From an uncultured Anaerolinea sp. (GTDB lineage: Bacteria > Chloroflexota > Anaerolineae > Anaerolineales > UBA4823): 64,000 nucleotides of DNA. Made by a program: the position numbers and the translations under genes. The stretch's first letter is position 1. Every line of letters starts with the position of its first letter. The stretch spans positions 20,378 through 84,377 of the forward strand of contig CAZCYV010000015.1 in the NCBI GenBank assembly GCA_964503145.1, given 5' to 3'. Of the stretch, positions 20,796 through 29,766 are shown one piece after another. The notes under the pieces were generated by a model, which saw only the letters and a list, made by a program, of their open reading frames with translations, searched no databases and was not told the origin of the DNA.

Positions 20796-21875
20796 ATGTC
20801 TGAAAAGCGAGTCATTTTAGTCACCGGGGTGGCGAGTTACTGGGGGGCGCAGGTCGCATCGCGCTTGATCGGCGACGCCTCATCGGAGAAGGATTATCAT
20901 GTGATCGGGCTGGATTCTCAACCGCCCGATGAAGCTTTGAAAGGGCTGGATTTTGTGCAGGCCGACATCCGCAACCCGCTGCTCGTCGAACTGCTGCGCT
21001 CGGAAAAAGTGCATACAGTGTGCCATCTGGTCTTCAGCGAGAGTGTGCGCGCTACCGAAGCCGCTTTCGATATCAACGTTATGGGGACGATGAAAGTGCT
21101 AGGCGCTTGCGCCGAAGCCGGGGTGCGCAAGGTGGTGTTGAAGAGCAGTATGACCGTCTATGGGGCCAATCCGAGCAATCCGGCGTTCATCACCGAACAG
21201 CAGCCTTTGCAAGCCAATCGCGCTTATGGAACGACGCGCAACCTGGTGGAGATCGAAGCTTTTTGCAACGGTTTTCGACGCCAGGTTCCGGAGATGGTGC
21301 TGACCATCCTGCGCTTTGCCAGCATCATTGGGCCGCAAGCCGACACACCGATGACGCGTTTCCTGAAGCGGCCGATGGCGCCGGTTTTGCTGGGCTTCGA
21401 TCCGCTGATGCAGGTGATCCATGAAAAGGATGTGGTTGAGGCGTTGGTGCATGCCATCCACAACGACGTGCCTGGTGTGTTCAATGTGGCTGCCGAGGGG
21501 GTCTTACCGCTCAGCCGCCTGATGGCGCTGGCGGCCAAGATCCCTGTGCCGGTGTTTCACCTTTTTGCTTACTGGGGTGCAGACCTGGCAGGAGCGGTGG
21601 GCGCATCGGTCGAGCGCCACTGGCCGATCGAAATGGATTATCTGAAATACCCATGGGTGGGCGACCTGGCCAAAATGCGCGAGGACCTGGGTTTCGTGCC
21701 GCGTTATACGGCAGAGGAAGCACTGCGAGAGTTCGCCGGCCAGCAACGCCTGCGCCGTTATATGCCCGAATCGGCAGCCCTGGCTTATGACGAGGAACGT
21801 TTACGAGACACCATCGAGCGCCGTAAGCGTGCGCGAGAGATCGGCGGCGACCCTGTGGAGGAGGTGGAAGCATGA
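20796..21875 (+). CDS. Extended-SDR NAD-dependent epimerase/dehydratase family protein
   Basis: ILVTGVASYWGAQVASRL (Rossmann) and a VLKSSMTVYG block. The putative catalytic tetrad position reads AYGTTR (YxxxR rather than YxxxK, by-eye alignment). Confidence 0.8.
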   Translation: MSEKRVILVTGVASYWGAQVASRLIGDASSEKDYHVIGLDSQPPDEALKGLDFVQADIRNPLLVELLRSEKVHTVCHLVFSESVRATEAAFDINVMGTMKVLGACAEAGVRKVVLKSSMTVYGANPSNPAFITEQQPLQANRAYGTTRNLVEIEAFCNGFRRQVPEMVLTILRFASIIGPQADTPMTRFLKRPMAPVLLGFDPLMQVIHEKDVVEALVHAIHNDVPGVFNVAAEGVLPLSRLMALAAKIPVPVFHLFAYWGADLAGAVGASVERHWPIEMDYLKYPWVGDLAKMREDLGFVPRYTAEEALREFAGQQRLRRYMPESAALAYDEERLRDTIERRKRAREIGGDPVEEVEA

Positions 21876-23074
21876 GCGACGAAACTCGCCCCGTGGAAGC
21901 ATTTGCAGAAGAGGAACCGTTGCCTGAAGTTTATACAACCGAGGAAGCTTCAGCGTCGCAAGCGCCTTCGGAGAGCATCCAAGAGCAGCCCGAAGAGGCC
22001 TCCGGCGAGGAATTGCGACGGCGCCTGATCGAGGAGCTGGATGCCCTGGTCGAGCGCTTGCAGGCGATTACACCGGGTTATGAGCCGCCCGCTTTTACGC
22101 CCCAGAGGTTGCTCGATTTGGTGAAAAAGAACCTGGGCCGCTTCTCACCCGAAATGGGGCTGGCAGTGTTGGAAAAGTTGCGCGCTTCAATCAGCCAGGA
22201 TCTGCTGGATGTGGATACCTGGAAGGGCATCTGGTACATGCTCAACTATTCGTTGGACTATCAGGCGGATCTGCTCAAGCGTCGCTTGCGGGGCGAATAC
22301 GAAACTGACGAGTGGGGCTTTGATCCCGAAATCCTGCAAGCCGTGACGCCCTTCCTGAATTTCATGTACCGCACTTATTGGCGAGTGGAAACAACAGGGA
22401 TGGAAAACATCCCCGATGAGGGTCGGGGGCTGCTGGTGTGCAACCATTCTGGCCAGCTTCCCTGGGATGGGGCAATGGTCGGCACGGCGGTCTATAACGA
22501 GCATCCCGCGCAGCGGCTGGTGCGCACCTTGTACGCCACCTGGTTCCCAACCCTGCCCTTTTTCTCGGCGCTGTTCACCAAGTTAGGCCAGGTGCTGGCC
22601 ACTGAGGAGAATGGCGTGCGCCTTCTGGAAAAGGATGAACTGGTAGCTGTCTTTCCGGAGGGCTACAAGGGGGTGGGCAAACTGTTCAAGGAGCGCTATC
22701 GGTTGGCGCGCTTTGGGCGGGGCGGCTTTGTGCGCATGGCGCTCAAGACCCGATCTCCAATGATCCCGGTCTCGATCGTCGGCGCTGAGGAGACCTACAT
22801 TTCCCTGGCGAAATCGGACTTCATCGCCCGGCTGATCGGGTTTCCTTACTTTCCTATCTCGATCACCTGGCCCTGGTTTGGCCCGTTGGGTTTTGTGCCT
22901 CTGCCGACCAAGTGGTACATCGATTTTGGCGAGCCGATCGATACCGACGGCTATGGGCCTGGAGCAGCGAACAATCTGATGCTGGTGTCGCAGCTCACGG
23001 ACCAGACGCGCAACGTGATCCAGGAGATGATCTATTCCAGACTGGCGAGCCGGCGGTCGATTTTCTTTGGGTAA
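21872..23074 (+). CDS. PlsC/LPLAT-type lysophospholipid acyltransferase with acidic N-terminal extension
   Basis: ATGA overlap with the upstream SDR gene. LLVCNHSGQLPWDG (variant of the NHx4D block), VFPEGYKG (FPEG block), PMIPVSIVGAEE (block IV). Confidence 0.8.
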   Translation: MSDETRPVEAFAEEEPLPEVYTTEEASASQAPSESIQEQPEEASGEELRRRLIEELDALVERLQAITPGYEPPAFTPQRLLDLVKKNLGRFSPEMGLAVLEKLRASISQDLLDVDTWKGIWYMLNYSLDYQADLLKRRLRGEYETDEWGFDPEILQAVTPFLNFMYRTYWRVETTGMENIPDEGRGLLVCNHSGQLPWDGAMVGTAVYNEHPAQRLVRTLYATWFPTLPFFSALFTKLGQVLATEENGVRLLEKDELVAVFPEGYKGVGKLFKERYRLARFGRGGFVRMALKTRSPMIPVSIVGAEETYISLAKSDFIARLIGFPYFPISITWPWFGPLGFVPLPTKWYIDFGEPIDTDGYGPGAANNLMLVSQLTDQTRNVIQEMIYSRLASRRSIFFG

Positions 23075-23121
23075 ATTACAGCCTCTTTCAGGATGCAAAT
23101 GCAATCTCTTACAGGTGACTG

Positions 23122-23532
23122 ATGACCGTGTATTCGGATGCCCATACGCTCAACAAGGCCTTACAAACTCTGTTTGCAAAGGTGGGGCAAGATCCGCGGG
23201 CAGCGCAGACGGTGTCGGATTCGCGGCTGATCTTGCGCCTGCGCATCACTGCCCCGGAGGCAGATGTGATCGTGAACGGTAGGAAGAGACCGCCCGAAAT
23301 TACTTATGGGGAGACGAGTCTGCGCCCCGATCTGGAGATCGAATTGAACGCCAGCGCATTGCATAGGATTTTGTTGGGGGAGTTAAGGCTTAGCAGCGCA
23401 ATAGCAGGGCGGCAGCTTGTGGTGCGCGGCCCGATCTTCAGGACCTTCGTTTTCGAAGAGATCTTTCACAGCGCCCAAAGGTTCTATCCGGGCGTACTGG
23501 CAGAAATGGGTTTGGACGGATCGGCCAAATGA
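23122..23532 (+). CDS. Second SCP2 lipid-carrier domain protein
   Basis: 136 aa. ...DLEIELNASALHRILLGELRLSSAIAGRQLVVRGP matches the SCP2 C-terminal pattern. Confidence 0.6.
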   Translation: MTVYSDAHTLNKALQTLFAKVGQDPRAAQTVSDSRLILRLRITAPEADVIVNGRKRPPEITYGETSLRPDLEIELNASALHRILLGELRLSSAIAGRQLVVRGPIFRTFVFEEIFHSAQRFYPGVLAEMGLDGSAK

Positions 23533-23548
23533 TCCACTCTGGCAAGAA

Positions 23549-23575
23549 GGGCCGCACTGCGGTCCTTTTTGTTTT
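23549..23575 (+). terminator. Rho-independent terminator candidate
   Basis: GGGCCGC-act-GCGGTCC hairpin (one G:U) followed by TTTTTGTTTT, 17 nt after the SCP2 stop. Confidence 0.5.
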
Positions 23576-23576
23576 G

Positions 23577-24836
23577 CTAAACTGCGCCTTTGTTGAGCCC
23601 TTCCAGCGCCAACTCTAACTCTGCCAGGGCGCGGTCAAGCTGACATAACGGGGTATTTCGCCGCCGGGCGCCGCAACGCGGCGTGTTGGCCTCCAGCACC
23701 CGCCGAATCACACTGGGGTCATAGTCGGAGTTGACGATCTCGGCCATTTCCTCGATGACCAGGCGTCGGCTTATGGGGATGCCATGGCGCGCCAGAATCG
23801 CCTTGTACATCGGGTAATCGGTCGCCAGATCGACTGTCACCGACTCGAAGCCATGGCGGGCGACGATCAGCCGGGCCGAGTAGCGCATAATGTTGTAGAA
23901 GAACATCTGATAGTCTTTGGGTTTCGGTTCGATCAGGATGATGTCCACTTCTGGGTGCGCCCTGCGGAGCTGCTTGACGTGATAGTTTAGCCCGGAATGG
24001 AGCATGATGCGGAACACCTGATTGGCTACCGACTGTACGCCTTTTTCGCTCAGGTATGCACTATCGGGGCCCAGCGAGGGGAGCATCCTTTTGTCCTGGT
24101 TGTCGAAGGGCACCAAAGGGTTGATACACACGACCAGAGTGGCGCCCTTCTCGATTGCCAGATCGATACTGGCGTTGCCACGCGTGCCGCCGTCGATATA
24201 TTCATTTTCACCGATGCGCACAGGCTTATAAACAATAGGCAGCGCCGAGGATGCAGCTACCGCTTGCGAGATGGGAGCATCCAGGTGCCCAGGTCCAAAG
24301 ATCGCCCGCTGCCCGCTGTCCAGGTCGGTAGCGATGATGTACAACTGTCGCTGTAGTTGGCTGAAATCGTTGGTGTAGCCTAGATCGCGTAACCCCTGGC
24401 GCACGAAGCGCTCCAGCCCGATTGGATCATAAAAGCCGGCTGGGAGAGCTTCGCTGAGCGACCAGAACAGGTCAAACAGGGTCATATCGCCGATGTGGCG
24501 CAGGTAATGCGACCAGGCATTCACCAGCTTGACCGGCAGCTTCATCCCCCATTTGAAATAGGATTGCCAGTTCAGGTTGAATAGATGCTTACGCTCGATT
24601 GTGCGTCCCACCGGATGAGAGCCATGGATTACCTGAAGCATCTCCTCTGGGCTGAGGCCATTGGCTATAAACGTCGCGACGAGCGAGCCGGCGCTGGTGC
24701 CGACATAGATATCAAAATCATTTACGGTTCGGTCGATCAGTAGATCGTCGATGGCGCGCAGGGCGCCGATTTCATACACCGCCCCGGTCAGACCTCCACC
24801 AGCCAGTACAAGCGCAGTCTTACCTTTCTTTGCCAT
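23577..24836 (-). CDS. Patatin-like phospholipase
   Basis: LVLAGGGLTGAVYEIGAL (oxyanion GGGxxG), YVGTSAGS (GxSxG), YIDGGTRGN (DGG catalytic Asp). Confidence 0.9.
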   Translation of the reverse strand: MAKKGKTALVLAGGGLTGAVYEIGALRAIDDLLIDRTVNDFDIYVGTSAGSLVATFIANGLSPEEMLQVIHGSHPVGRTIERKHLFNLNWQSYFKWGMKLPVKLVNAWSHYLRHIGDMTLFDLFWSLSEALPAGFYDPIGLERFVRQGLRDLGYTNDFSQLQRQLYIIATDLDSGQRAIFGPGHLDAPISQAVAASSALPIVYKPVRIGENEYIDGGTRGNASIDLAIEKGATLVVCINPLVPFDNQDKRMLPSLGPDSAYLSEKGVQSVANQVFRIMLHSGLNYHVKQLRRAHPEVDIILIEPKPKDYQMFFYNIMRYSARLIVARHGFESVTVDLATDYPMYKAILARHGIPISRRLVIEEMAEIVNSDYDPSVIRRVLEANTPRCGARRRNTPLCQLDRALAELELALEGLNKGAV

Positions 24837-24962
24837 ACCACCTCTTCGATGACTGAACTATAGCATTGACCGGGGATCGTGTCAATCCATCGATCGTGAA
24901 ACCATTCCACCTGTATTCGCGATGCCCGGTGCACACGATACCGCCATCAGCCAAAAGGGATT

Positions 24963-25370
24963 TCAAGACCAGCCCAACCATTTGCCAGCGAGAAATCCAA
25001 TGTAGCTGACCGTCACGCTCAAAACTACGCCCCAGATCATATCTACCACCGTCACGGCGACGGGCCAGTCCTTCACCGTCGCCAGATTGGTCAGGTCGTA
25101 AGTGGCATAGGTGATCAGGCCGAATAGGGCGGCGCGCAGCAAGGTGAGCTTGAGCGAGCCGGTCTGCAGACCAGGCAATATCACGAAGACCAGGATGCCC
25201 AGGATGAACAGCAGGTAGAAAATGATCGCTGCGGTCCAGTTGGGGCTGGGCGCCATCAAGAAGCCCAGGTTTCTGCGATAGAACGAGCGCGCCACTAGCC
25301 CAAGCCAGAGCATATCGATGGCAAGGAAGGCGCACAAGCTGACCAGATACAGTTTGAGGTAATTGGCCAT
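24963..25370 (-). CDS. Small 4-TM membrane protein (DUF2177-like)
   Basis: 135 aa, four hydrophobic helices. The N-terminus MANYLKLYLVSLCAFLAIDMLWLG resembles the DUF2177 family from memory. Confidence 0.55.
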   Translation of the reverse strand: MANYLKLYLVSLCAFLAIDMLWLGLVARSFYRRNLGFLMAPSPNWTAAIIFYLLFILGILVFVILPGLQTGSLKLTLLRAALFGLITYATYDLTNLATVKDWPVAVTVVDMIWGVVLSVTVSYIGFLAGKWLGWS

Positions 25371-25376
25371 GGTACC

Positions 25377-26258
25377 TTATCCTTCAGTGGCGACAAAGTG
25401 ATGGAATATTTCGCTATATTTTGCAAAGAGTGATAAATGCCCCTCGCTGGGGTAGAGTTGCAGCTTGCTGTTTGGAATGGCCTCTGCCATGTAGCGCCCC
25501 ATTGCAGGCGGCGCGTTGCGATCAGCTTCGCCGTGCCAGAGTTGGACACGCATCTTGATCTCCTGCGGCCGAAAACCCCAGGGCGAAACCATCAATTGCG
25601 TCTCATGCTGAGCGCCACGTGGCCCCTGGCGCAAGGCCTCCAGGAACATCCTTAGAAATCCTTGCTGAAACTCGGGTTGGGCTATGATCTGGCGATCTGG
25701 TTCTGGAAGCGCCGCCATCGCATTGGCGATCATCTTCTCCCTGACAAATCGCGCCAATAAACCCATCATGCGTAGACTCAGGCGAGAGAGCCAGGGTCTC
25801 TCGCGCGACAGGTCCATGAAGCGACGGCTATCCGGATGTATGACGTCTGCCAGACCGGGCCGATCGAACGGCGCTGTCCCACTGATGACTCCTACTTTGG
25901 TCAGGCGCTCGGGGATGATCAGAGCACAGACGGCGGCGTAAGGCCCGCCGCCCGAGTATCCCATTACGGCAAAAGTATCTAGTTGCAAATGGTCTGCCAG
26001 GGCGACTACGTCCCTGGGCCAGTCCAATATATGTCGGTTGGGCTGAAAAGTGGAACCTCCCATCCCGGGCCGGTCGGGCGCAATGATGCGAATGCCCAGT
26101 GCTTGAGCCATCGCCTGGCTGCCAAATAGCGACCACTCGAGCCGCGAACTGGGTGAGCCATGAAAGTAGAGAATCGGCTTACCTTCTGGCGGGCCGTGTT
26201 CGTCGAATGTAAGGGTGCGGTCGTCGGGTAAGGTTATACGCTGGGGCGGTTGGGGCAT
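25377..26258 (-). CDS. Alpha/beta-fold hydrolase
   Basis: ILYFHGSPSS, GYSGGGPYA (GxSxG nucleophile elbow), C-terminal EGHLS (His). Confidence 0.85.
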   Translation of the reverse strand: MPQPPQRITLPDDRTLTFDEHGPPEGKPILYFHGSPSSRLEWSLFGSQAMAQALGIRIIAPDRPGMGGSTFQPNRHILDWPRDVVALADHLQLDTFAVMGYSGGGPYAAVCALIIPERLTKVGVISGTAPFDRPGLADVIHPDSRRFMDLSRERPWLSRLSLRMMGLLARFVREKMIANAMAALPEPDRQIIAQPEFQQGFLRMFLEALRQGPRGAQHETQLMVSPWGFRPQEIKMRVQLWHGEADRNAPPAMGRYMAEAIPNSKLQLYPSEGHLSLFAKYSEIFHHFVATEG

Positions 26259-26318
26259 GTCACTTTTGTTCCTTCCAGTAAGGTTCGAAGCGAGTAATTC
26301 GGGGGCAACTGTGAATCA

Positions 26319-27590
26319 TCAATGTCCCAGAAGTCTCAAGATACTGGCGATGTTCACCAGAGCCTTTGGTACGAACGACGAAATCAAGACGTACTCTTGT
26401 TCCTTGCTTCCATCTGCGCTGCGTTCGGAGCAGTGGGCGTTGTTGCCAGTTGGTCCCAGCCCATCCAGCGTAGGGTAATATTTCCAGAGTAAATTGCCAT
26501 CGCTCAGACCACCGCGTTGCTCCGGAGTAGTGCGGTAGCCCAGAGAAGCCGCGCTGGCCGACCAGACCTCGTACAGGCGGTCGGTTTGCGGATTGCGCGG
26601 CCAGGGTGGGTTGCGCGAGAGCAACTTTACGGAGACGCGGCAGGGGAACCCGTCATAGCTGGAGACCTGCGAGCTGCCATCCAGGGCCAGCATGCGCTGC
26701 ATGCCCTGCTCGAAAACCAGAGGGTCGAAGGTGCGCATCTCTACCCGCGCCTCGGCGTAATGTGGGACGCGATTGACCACCGAGCCGCCCTGCGCCACGC
26801 CAACGTTGAAGGTTAAATTATTTTCGTAATCAGTGAATGAAGCTACATCCAGGATGGTCCTGGCAAGCTGTACGATGGCATTGGCCCCTTGTTTGTGATA
26901 GTTCCCGGCATGGGCGCTGCGCCCTTCGACGGAGATGCCGAATTCGGCGCGGCCTTTGCGCGCAGTGACGATGGGTAACGCCTCGGGATTGGGGGTGCCG
27001 CCTTCGAACACCAGGCAAGTCGCAGACGAGGAGCGCTGCAGGCGCTCCAGACACAGCTTCCCAAAATCTTCGGAGAGCGTTTCTTCAGAAGCATCCAGGC
27101 AAACCAGCCAGCGCACGCGCTGGAAGCTTTGGGGGGCAAAATCTCGCAACGCCTGCAGCACCATAAAGATCATCAGCGTCCCACCTTTGATGTCTATGGT
27201 GCCCGGCCCATAGGCGCGATCGCCTTCTACCCGCCAGATGAAATTGTTGTGTTGCTCTTCTTCGGGAGGAAATACCGTATCTAAATGGGAGATCATGGCG
27301 ATGGTTGGAGCCTGAGGATCTTTGATCACGCCTGATTGTAAGAACAGGTGCTTGCCGAAAGCCGGGTTCACCGACTGAACGTATTCAGGTCGAAAACCCA
27401 GCCCGGCGAAGATAGAGGCCGTGTATTCGGCAAGCCGATTGACCCCCGCAGCATTAGCGGTAAACGAATTTATCCCCACCATATGGCGCAGGATTTCGAG
27501 GTAATCAGGCAGGCGCTGGTTGAGATCATTCTGTATGTCTGCGAGCATAGCCGTCCTCCGTGATTTTTGGATGATGAGGTTGTTAGCCAT
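26319..27590 (-). CDS. M20-family metallopeptidase (carboxypeptidase G2-like)
   Basis: ISHLDTVFP, GPGTIDIKGG, DASEETLSE (Glu-Glu-type), SAHAGNYHKQGANA. The ATG at 27590 overlaps the upstream stop as TGATG. An alternative ATG is at 27548. Confidence 0.85.
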   Translation of the reverse strand: MANNLIIQKSRRTAMLADIQNDLNQRLPDYLEILRHMVGINSFTANAAGVNRLAEYTASIFAGLGFRPEYVQSVNPAFGKHLFLQSGVIKDPQAPTIAMISHLDTVFPPEEEQHNNFIWRVEGDRAYGPGTIDIKGGTLMIFMVLQALRDFAPQSFQRVRWLVCLDASEETLSEDFGKLCLERLQRSSSATCLVFEGGTPNPEALPIVTARKGRAEFGISVEGRSAHAGNYHKQGANAIVQLARTILDVASFTDYENNLTFNVGVAQGGSVVNRVPHYAEARVEMRTFDPLVFEQGMQRMLALDGSSQVSSYDGFPCRVSVKLLSRNPPWPRNPQTDRLYEVWSASAASLGYRTTPEQRGGLSDGNLLWKYYPTLDGLGPTGNNAHCSERSADGSKEQEYVLISSFVPKALVNIASILRLLGH

Positions 27591-29584
27591 CAGATGTAGC
27601 GGCTGGCAATCCGTCTGCCGATCGTCCAGTCCAACTCTAGAGATTGGTCCTTGAGTTGGACGGAGATCAATTCCGTTGGGAACTCCGCCTGGGCGTAGGG
27701 GCTGCCGTAGCGCGGGTAGTCCTCCAGGGGCACCTGTCGCCCGTCCTGAAGGAGCGGGCCATTCCAACCAAATTTGAGCACCCCTTGCGATGGCGAATGA
27801 TAGGTAACGCTTAGACCGGAGAAACGCACCTGTGCGTGAATGATGCGCTCGATGAACTCGGAGAATTTCCCGTCCGTCCCCCGACGTCCCAGTTCGCAGA
27901 TATAGATGTTATCCTTGCTGTCCACCAGGATCTCCCGTCCCTGATCTTCGCCGGGGAGATCATGCCAGCGATAGGGATTCTCGGAGAGCAAGGCCAGATA
28001 ACCATCTCCAAGGCGGGCGAAAATCCAGCCCTCGCGCTCGACCACTTCCTGAAACTGATCGCGGGGAATCCAGGCATGGGTGACCCACAAATCGTTGGGC
28101 GCATAAAAAGTCGGAAATCGGCTCAGATGATATACCGCGATCAGGACGTTCTTGATCTGCGCCACGCGTGGCAGGCATCCCGACCCCGTCCAGTAGTTGG
28201 GAGGCGGCCCGCTCGGGCGCGCCGGGTGGGTGGTGAAGCACACGGCGTCGGGTCCCAGCGTCGCTTGCCAGATGTGCTGCTGATCTCCGCCATAACCTTT
28301 GCGATAGTCTTGCGCCGAGCCAAGCATGTAATCGGGGGTGCGATAGGTGTACAGGTTGGCCTGTTCGCGGGTAGTGCGGCAGACGTCGTAGCGATAATGG
28401 CGCATGACCCAGGGTAAGAGCCGGGCGGCGCTTAAGAGCTTCAATAGACGTCGTCGCTGCTGGAGGGGCTTGAAAAAGGGATTCTCCCACCAGTGGAACT
28501 GGTCGAGCATCTTTAGGAATAGCCGGGCTGTACGCGGGTGTAGATAGGCCTCCAGCGTCAGGAGCTGCATCCCGTTTTCGAAGTCGTTCGGTTTCAGCCC
28601 CCACCATTCGGCCTGGTCGATGCAAATGCCGACGCGCTGACGCTGGAGCAACTCTGGCCGTTGGGTGTCGTTGGCGATATCGTAGATCACCTGCGGCATG
28701 CGGTAGCGCAAGCTCAGGGCAAAACTGGCGGCGCTCATGTTATCGCTGCCGGCAAAGATCCCCTTGCCAAACAGGAGCTTCTGCGTATCGGTGGTGCTCT
28801 CTTGCGCTGCCCACTTTTGCATCGGCTCGTAGCTGCGGCCGTGACTGCCGCCGAAGACCCCGGCAAAATTGTTCACCGCCATTTCGTACAGCAACAAGTC
28901 GATCAGGATGGCAGAGCGCCGTTGAATGTCTTCGTCTTTGCAAAAATCGACCAGGTTGAGCAGCGCAGTCAGGTCATCGTCGTAATAGACGTTCGAGAGC
29001 CACTCGCTGAAACCGGTGTAAAAGCGCAAATCCAACCAACGTTTGATGCGAGGGCCAAACCGCGTCATCATCTCTGCGCCGCTATAGCCGGAGTTCTCGA
29101 AAATTCGATCTGGGAAGAGCTGGCCAGCCAGATAACCTGCTGAAGCGAAAAGAACGTAATGGCTTTCGGTCCAGGAGCACATTTCGTCCTGGCCGGGCTC
29201 ATCTGGCCAGTACCTGAACCCCAGCAGCGATTTTTCGGCGCGAGAGAGCAAATCGGCGCTCAGGCGCAGGTGATGGCGGTATTGGTAGAACAGGCGCAGG
29301 AATGCGTGCAGGGCATAATCGGCGCAGTCGTAGCGGCCGTCGATGTAATCCAGCGCTGCGAAGAGGAGGCCCTCATGGGGCGTGGCTCCAGCAGCCAAAC
29401 GGGCTAATTCGATCCAAGGGGCTTTGGGGTTGGTTGGTGCCGGATTGCTCAGGACGAATTCGAAGAATGCGCGTCGGCGAGTTTCAAAATCGGCGGCGAA
29501 TGATTCGCTCGAATACGAATCCGGAGAAGGGCTAAAAGGGTAATCTGCGGGGGCAGGCGTAGCAGGGGCAATAAATGATTGCAT
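27590..29584 (-). CDS. 664-aa hypothetical protein, possibly heparinase II/III-like (alpha/alpha toroid + beta-sandwich)
   Basis: Long clean ORF with genome-typical codon bias. The helical N-terminal half and beta-rich C-terminal half with GYGGDQQHIWQATLG vaguely resemble the heparinase II/III GHGH.D block. Product is a weak inference. Confidence 0.65.
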   Translation of the reverse strand: MQSFIAPATPAPADYPFSPSPDSYSSESFAADFETRRRAFFEFVLSNPAPTNPKAPWIELARLAAGATPHEGLLFAALDYIDGRYDCADYALHAFLRLFYQYRHHLRLSADLLSRAEKSLLGFRYWPDEPGQDEMCSWTESHYVLFASAGYLAGQLFPDRIFENSGYSGAEMMTRFGPRIKRWLDLRFYTGFSEWLSNVYYDDDLTALLNLVDFCKDEDIQRRSAILIDLLLYEMAVNNFAGVFGGSHGRSYEPMQKWAAQESTTDTQKLLFGKGIFAGSDNMSAASFALSLRYRMPQVIYDIANDTQRPELLQRQRVGICIDQAEWWGLKPNDFENGMQLLTLEAYLHPRTARLFLKMLDQFHWWENPFFKPLQQRRRLLKLLSAARLLPWVMRHYRYDVCRTTREQANLYTYRTPDYMLGSAQDYRKGYGGDQQHIWQATLGPDAVCFTTHPARPSGPPPNYWTGSGCLPRVAQIKNVLIAVYHLSRFPTFYAPNDLWVTHAWIPRDQFQEVVEREGWIFARLGDGYLALLSENPYRWHDLPGEDQGREILVDSKDNIYICELGRRGTDGKFSEFIERIIHAQVRFSGLSVTYHSPSQGVLKFGWNGPLLQDGRQVPLEDYPRYGSPYAQAEFPTELISVQLKDQSLELDWTIGRRIASRYI

Positions 29585-29766
29585 AGGCGGGATTAATTTT
29601 ACCTAAAATATAGCCTTGTAACATCACGAAACCTGCATCCTTGCGTCTTAAGAGTGGACGAAATAACACTGCCGCTTACATCGAAAAACCCGGGTTGTGA
29701 GCACCGCTACCATGACCGAAAGGTGATGGCCGGTGGTTTGTCCTTTTATAGTAGATCGGCAGAATT

